A DNA stretch of 47,808 nt from a virus (Duplodnaviria; Caudoviricetes), in the IMG/VR virus record IMGVR_UViG_3300017913_002479, positions 1-47,808 of that record. The stretch is one strand, 5' to 3'. The position numbers were made by a program, and so were the translations under genes. The notes beneath the pieces were generated by a model. The model saw nothing but the letters and a program-made list of their open reading frames with translations. It was not told where the DNA came from and did no database searches. This document shows positions 45,890 through 47,808 of the stretch, in pieces; within the stretch, counting starts at the first letter, position 1, and every line of letters begins with the position of its first letter.

Positions 45890-46516
45890 TTAGATACCTG
45901 CTAGTTTTTTCAGTGCAATAATATCTTCTGATACCGTCTGCGATGTTGTTTGTTCGCCAATGCCGGCTAGTTTTCTCAGTGCTGCAATATCTGGATCCAT
46001 GCTTTCATCAGCCTTTTCTTTTTCTTCTTTGTCTTTGGCTGCTTTCTTCATGTCTTCTTCTTTGTCACCGTCGCCGTCAATGTCAGCAAAATCTGGTTTT
46101 GCTTTTTCTTCAACTGCTTCAACTTCTTCAAGTTCTTCTGCTTCGTCGACTTCAATTTCTTCTGCTACTGATTCATAGTACTCGTCTGCCATTTCCTTGC
46201 CATGTTTTTTAGCAAATTCTTCTTTTGACATTGTTTCTGAGTCATCGATTACTGAGTCTTTCACACGTCCTTCTTCGAGCTCTTCTTCACCTTCTGCCAA
46301 GTAATCTTTGAAACTTTTCATCATACTATCAACTGTGTGATCTTCAGTTACAGTAACTGGCATTGGGTCAGCGTTCAAATAACGGCGTAGACTTTGATCT
46401 ACGTCAGCTTCTGGTACGTCGATTTCTTCTGGTTCTGGGTGATTTGTATGTGCAGGTGTATTGGCCCATTCAGTGATTGGCAAGCCAGCTAGTTTCTGCA
46501 GGTCGTTGATGTTCAT
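45890..46516 (-). CDS. Acidic internal-head/scaffold-like protein
   Basis: Three L-x-KLAG motifs; DIDGDGDKEE Ca-loop-like segment. Confidence 0.7.
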   Translation of the reverse strand: MNINDLQKLAGLPITEWANTPAHTNHPEPEEIDVPEADVDQSLRRYLNADPMPVTVTEDHTVDSMMKSFKDYLAEGEEELEEGRVKDSVIDDSETMSKEEFAKKHGKEMADEYYESVAEEIEVDEAEELEEVEAVEEKAKPDFADIDGDGDKEEDMKKAAKDKEEKEKADESMDPDIAALRKLAGIGEQTTSQTVSEDIIALKKLAGI

Positions 46517-47046
46517 GCCTTTTCTCCTTCGTAGCCAACACCTTCTGGTTGCTGCTCTCTACGTAATTTCATCATTTCCTTGACGAAGTTGTCCTTGAAG
46601 TCTTCGCCATAATAGTCGTTGTGATTGACTGTTTCTTTTGCATCTGCTTCATATGTTTCTTCATCAAGCAGTGCTTTTGTTTCTTGTTCTTTTGCTGCCT
46701 CTTCGGCTAGCTCACGTGCCATTGCTGGCTCGTTGTGTGCTCTTACTTTCACTTGGTTTTCACCGGCATTCCAAATTTTACAAACTTCTGTCATCAATGC
46801 AAATTGGCTTGCTGGAACGTTACTGGTAATGTCTACAATCGTCACTTCCGCACCACGTGTGCCTGGGAAGTCAATTGGAGCACTCTGTAGTATTGTTTTC
46901 TTAGGAGTATTGACTTCTGCGACATCGTACTTCTTTAGATGCTCTTCAAGTGCATCCATCATATTGTCTGTTACTTCAACTGTGGTCTTGATTCTGTACT
47001 TGTAATCTTTTTTAGACTCAGTGAGATATGCTTTCAAATAATTCAT
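46513..47046 (-). CDS. Conserved late protein
   Basis: YLTES-K-Y-YRIK, P-DFP motifs; late motif upstream. Confidence 0.7.
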   Translation of the reverse strand: MNYLKAYLTESKKDYKYRIKTTVEVTDNMMDALEEHLKKYDVAEVNTPKKTILQSAPIDFPGTRGAEVTIVDITSNVPASQFALMTEVCKIWNAGENQVKVRAHNEPAMARELAEEAAKEQETKALLDEETYEADAKETVNHNDYYGEDFKDNFVKEMMKLRREQQPEGVGYEGEKA

Positions 47047-47064
47047 GTCTTTTCTCCACTGTAG

Positions 47065-47580
47065 TTATTTATCGTTTTTTAGGCTATCTGCAATACTTTT
47101 GAGACTTTCCAACATACTGTTTCTGCTGTCTACAATCTCTTCACTGTCGTGGTGTATTACTGCACCGCCTTTTTCGCTGGCTGCAAATTTACGCTCGTCC
47201 AAATCCAATTTGCTTTTGCGCATTTGCAATTCAATCATCTTCAGCTTCTTGTCCATCTTTGCTGTTTTGGCTGTAATAGCGTTGGTCATCATCTTGCTGG
47301 CTGTATCAAATATCATTGCAGCATGACGGTCTTCTACGTTGTTGCCCAATGACACTAGATCGTCAAACGTGCTCATTGCTTTTTGTGCATATTCGTCCAT
47401 GTCTTTGTCCAGCGAGTCTAGTCCAGTTACCTGCGGCAGTGCTGCATCAATTTTGTCTGCTGCACCAATTGCATCCATGATGTCAGTTGTGGTAAATTCT
47501 GTTGTAACTTCTTCGCCTGTGTCTGGTTCTGTATAACTCATTGGGGGCAAGTTGAATTCATCTTCTAATTTCTTGGTCAT
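47065..47580 (-). CDS. Putative terminase small subunit
   Basis: Helical 171-aa protein between the gp4-like gene and terL; helix pattern resembles gp16-like proteins. Confidence 0.4.
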   Translation of the reverse strand: MTKKLEDEFNLPPMSYTEPDTGEEVTTEFTTTDIMDAIGAADKIDAALPQVTGLDSLDKDMDEYAQKAMSTFDDLVSLGNNVEDRHAAMIFDTASKMMTNAITAKTAKMDKKLKMIELQMRKSKLDLDERKFAASEKGGAVIHHDSEEIVDSRNSMLESLKSIADSLKNDK

Positions 47581-47807
47581 CGTTTTTTCCGTTTGCTGCC
47601 TTTTGGCTTGTTGAAAATTTCGTTCTCTGTAATAACTCTAAAGCCTAGCCCTTGTGATCGTGCCCACTGGCTGGCCATGCGCCATTTTGCTTCATTGACA
47701 ACTGCATGCATCTTGTCGTGTTTGCTGCGAGCATTTCCCATGATTTGACTGTTGGGTTTTACTTCAACTACTTCTGCATGACGCTTGCCATTTTTATCTT
47801 CGTATAC
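47577..47807 (-). CDS. Head-completion nuclease (T4 gp4/TnsA-like), C-terminal part
   Basis: Manual translation: VEVKP--Q...NEAKW--A--W----GLGFRVITE; runs off the window end. Confidence 0.85.
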   Translation of the reverse strand, partial: VYEDKNGKRHAEVVEVKPNSQIMGNARSKHDKMHAVVNEAKWRMASQWARSQGLGFRVITENEIFNKPKGSKRKKR

Positions 47808-47808
47808 C

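Overview
This 47.8-kb window is part of a large T4-like (probably jumbo) myophage genome using the standard genetic code. A marine or aquatic proteobacterial host is inferred, not shown. Most genes are on the minus strand. From right to left: gp4-like head-completion nuclease (partial), putative small terminase, acidic head proteins, large terminase, gp32 SSB, UvsX, UvsY, a P-loop ATPase, UvsW, a gp62-like subunit, a minimal DnaE-like polymerase domain, primase, DnaB-like helicase, a Pol-beta nucleotidyltransferase/ligase fusion, virion genes, an exonuclease, nrdA/nrdB/glutaredoxin, PAAR, an APS kinase plus HxGH nucleotidyltransferase, and six tRNAs. The left 7.3 kb is an envelope/signalling island: curlin-like fragment, PagP-like barrel, autotransporter, CHASE2 adenylate cyclase, small membrane proteins, SNase and a lipoprotein CHAP amidase. 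The most striking unexplained signal is a candidate translational-control system. A small-RNA-like element at 36131-36208 (hairpin with a 23-nt C/U-rich loop plus terminator) is complementary to the ribosome-binding regions of at least six genes in this window. At least ten other genes look leaderless (ATG a fixed 5 nt after a late promoter or 6 nt after a sigma70 -10 box) and would escape such control. All protein calls rest on motif recognition by eye; no database search was run.
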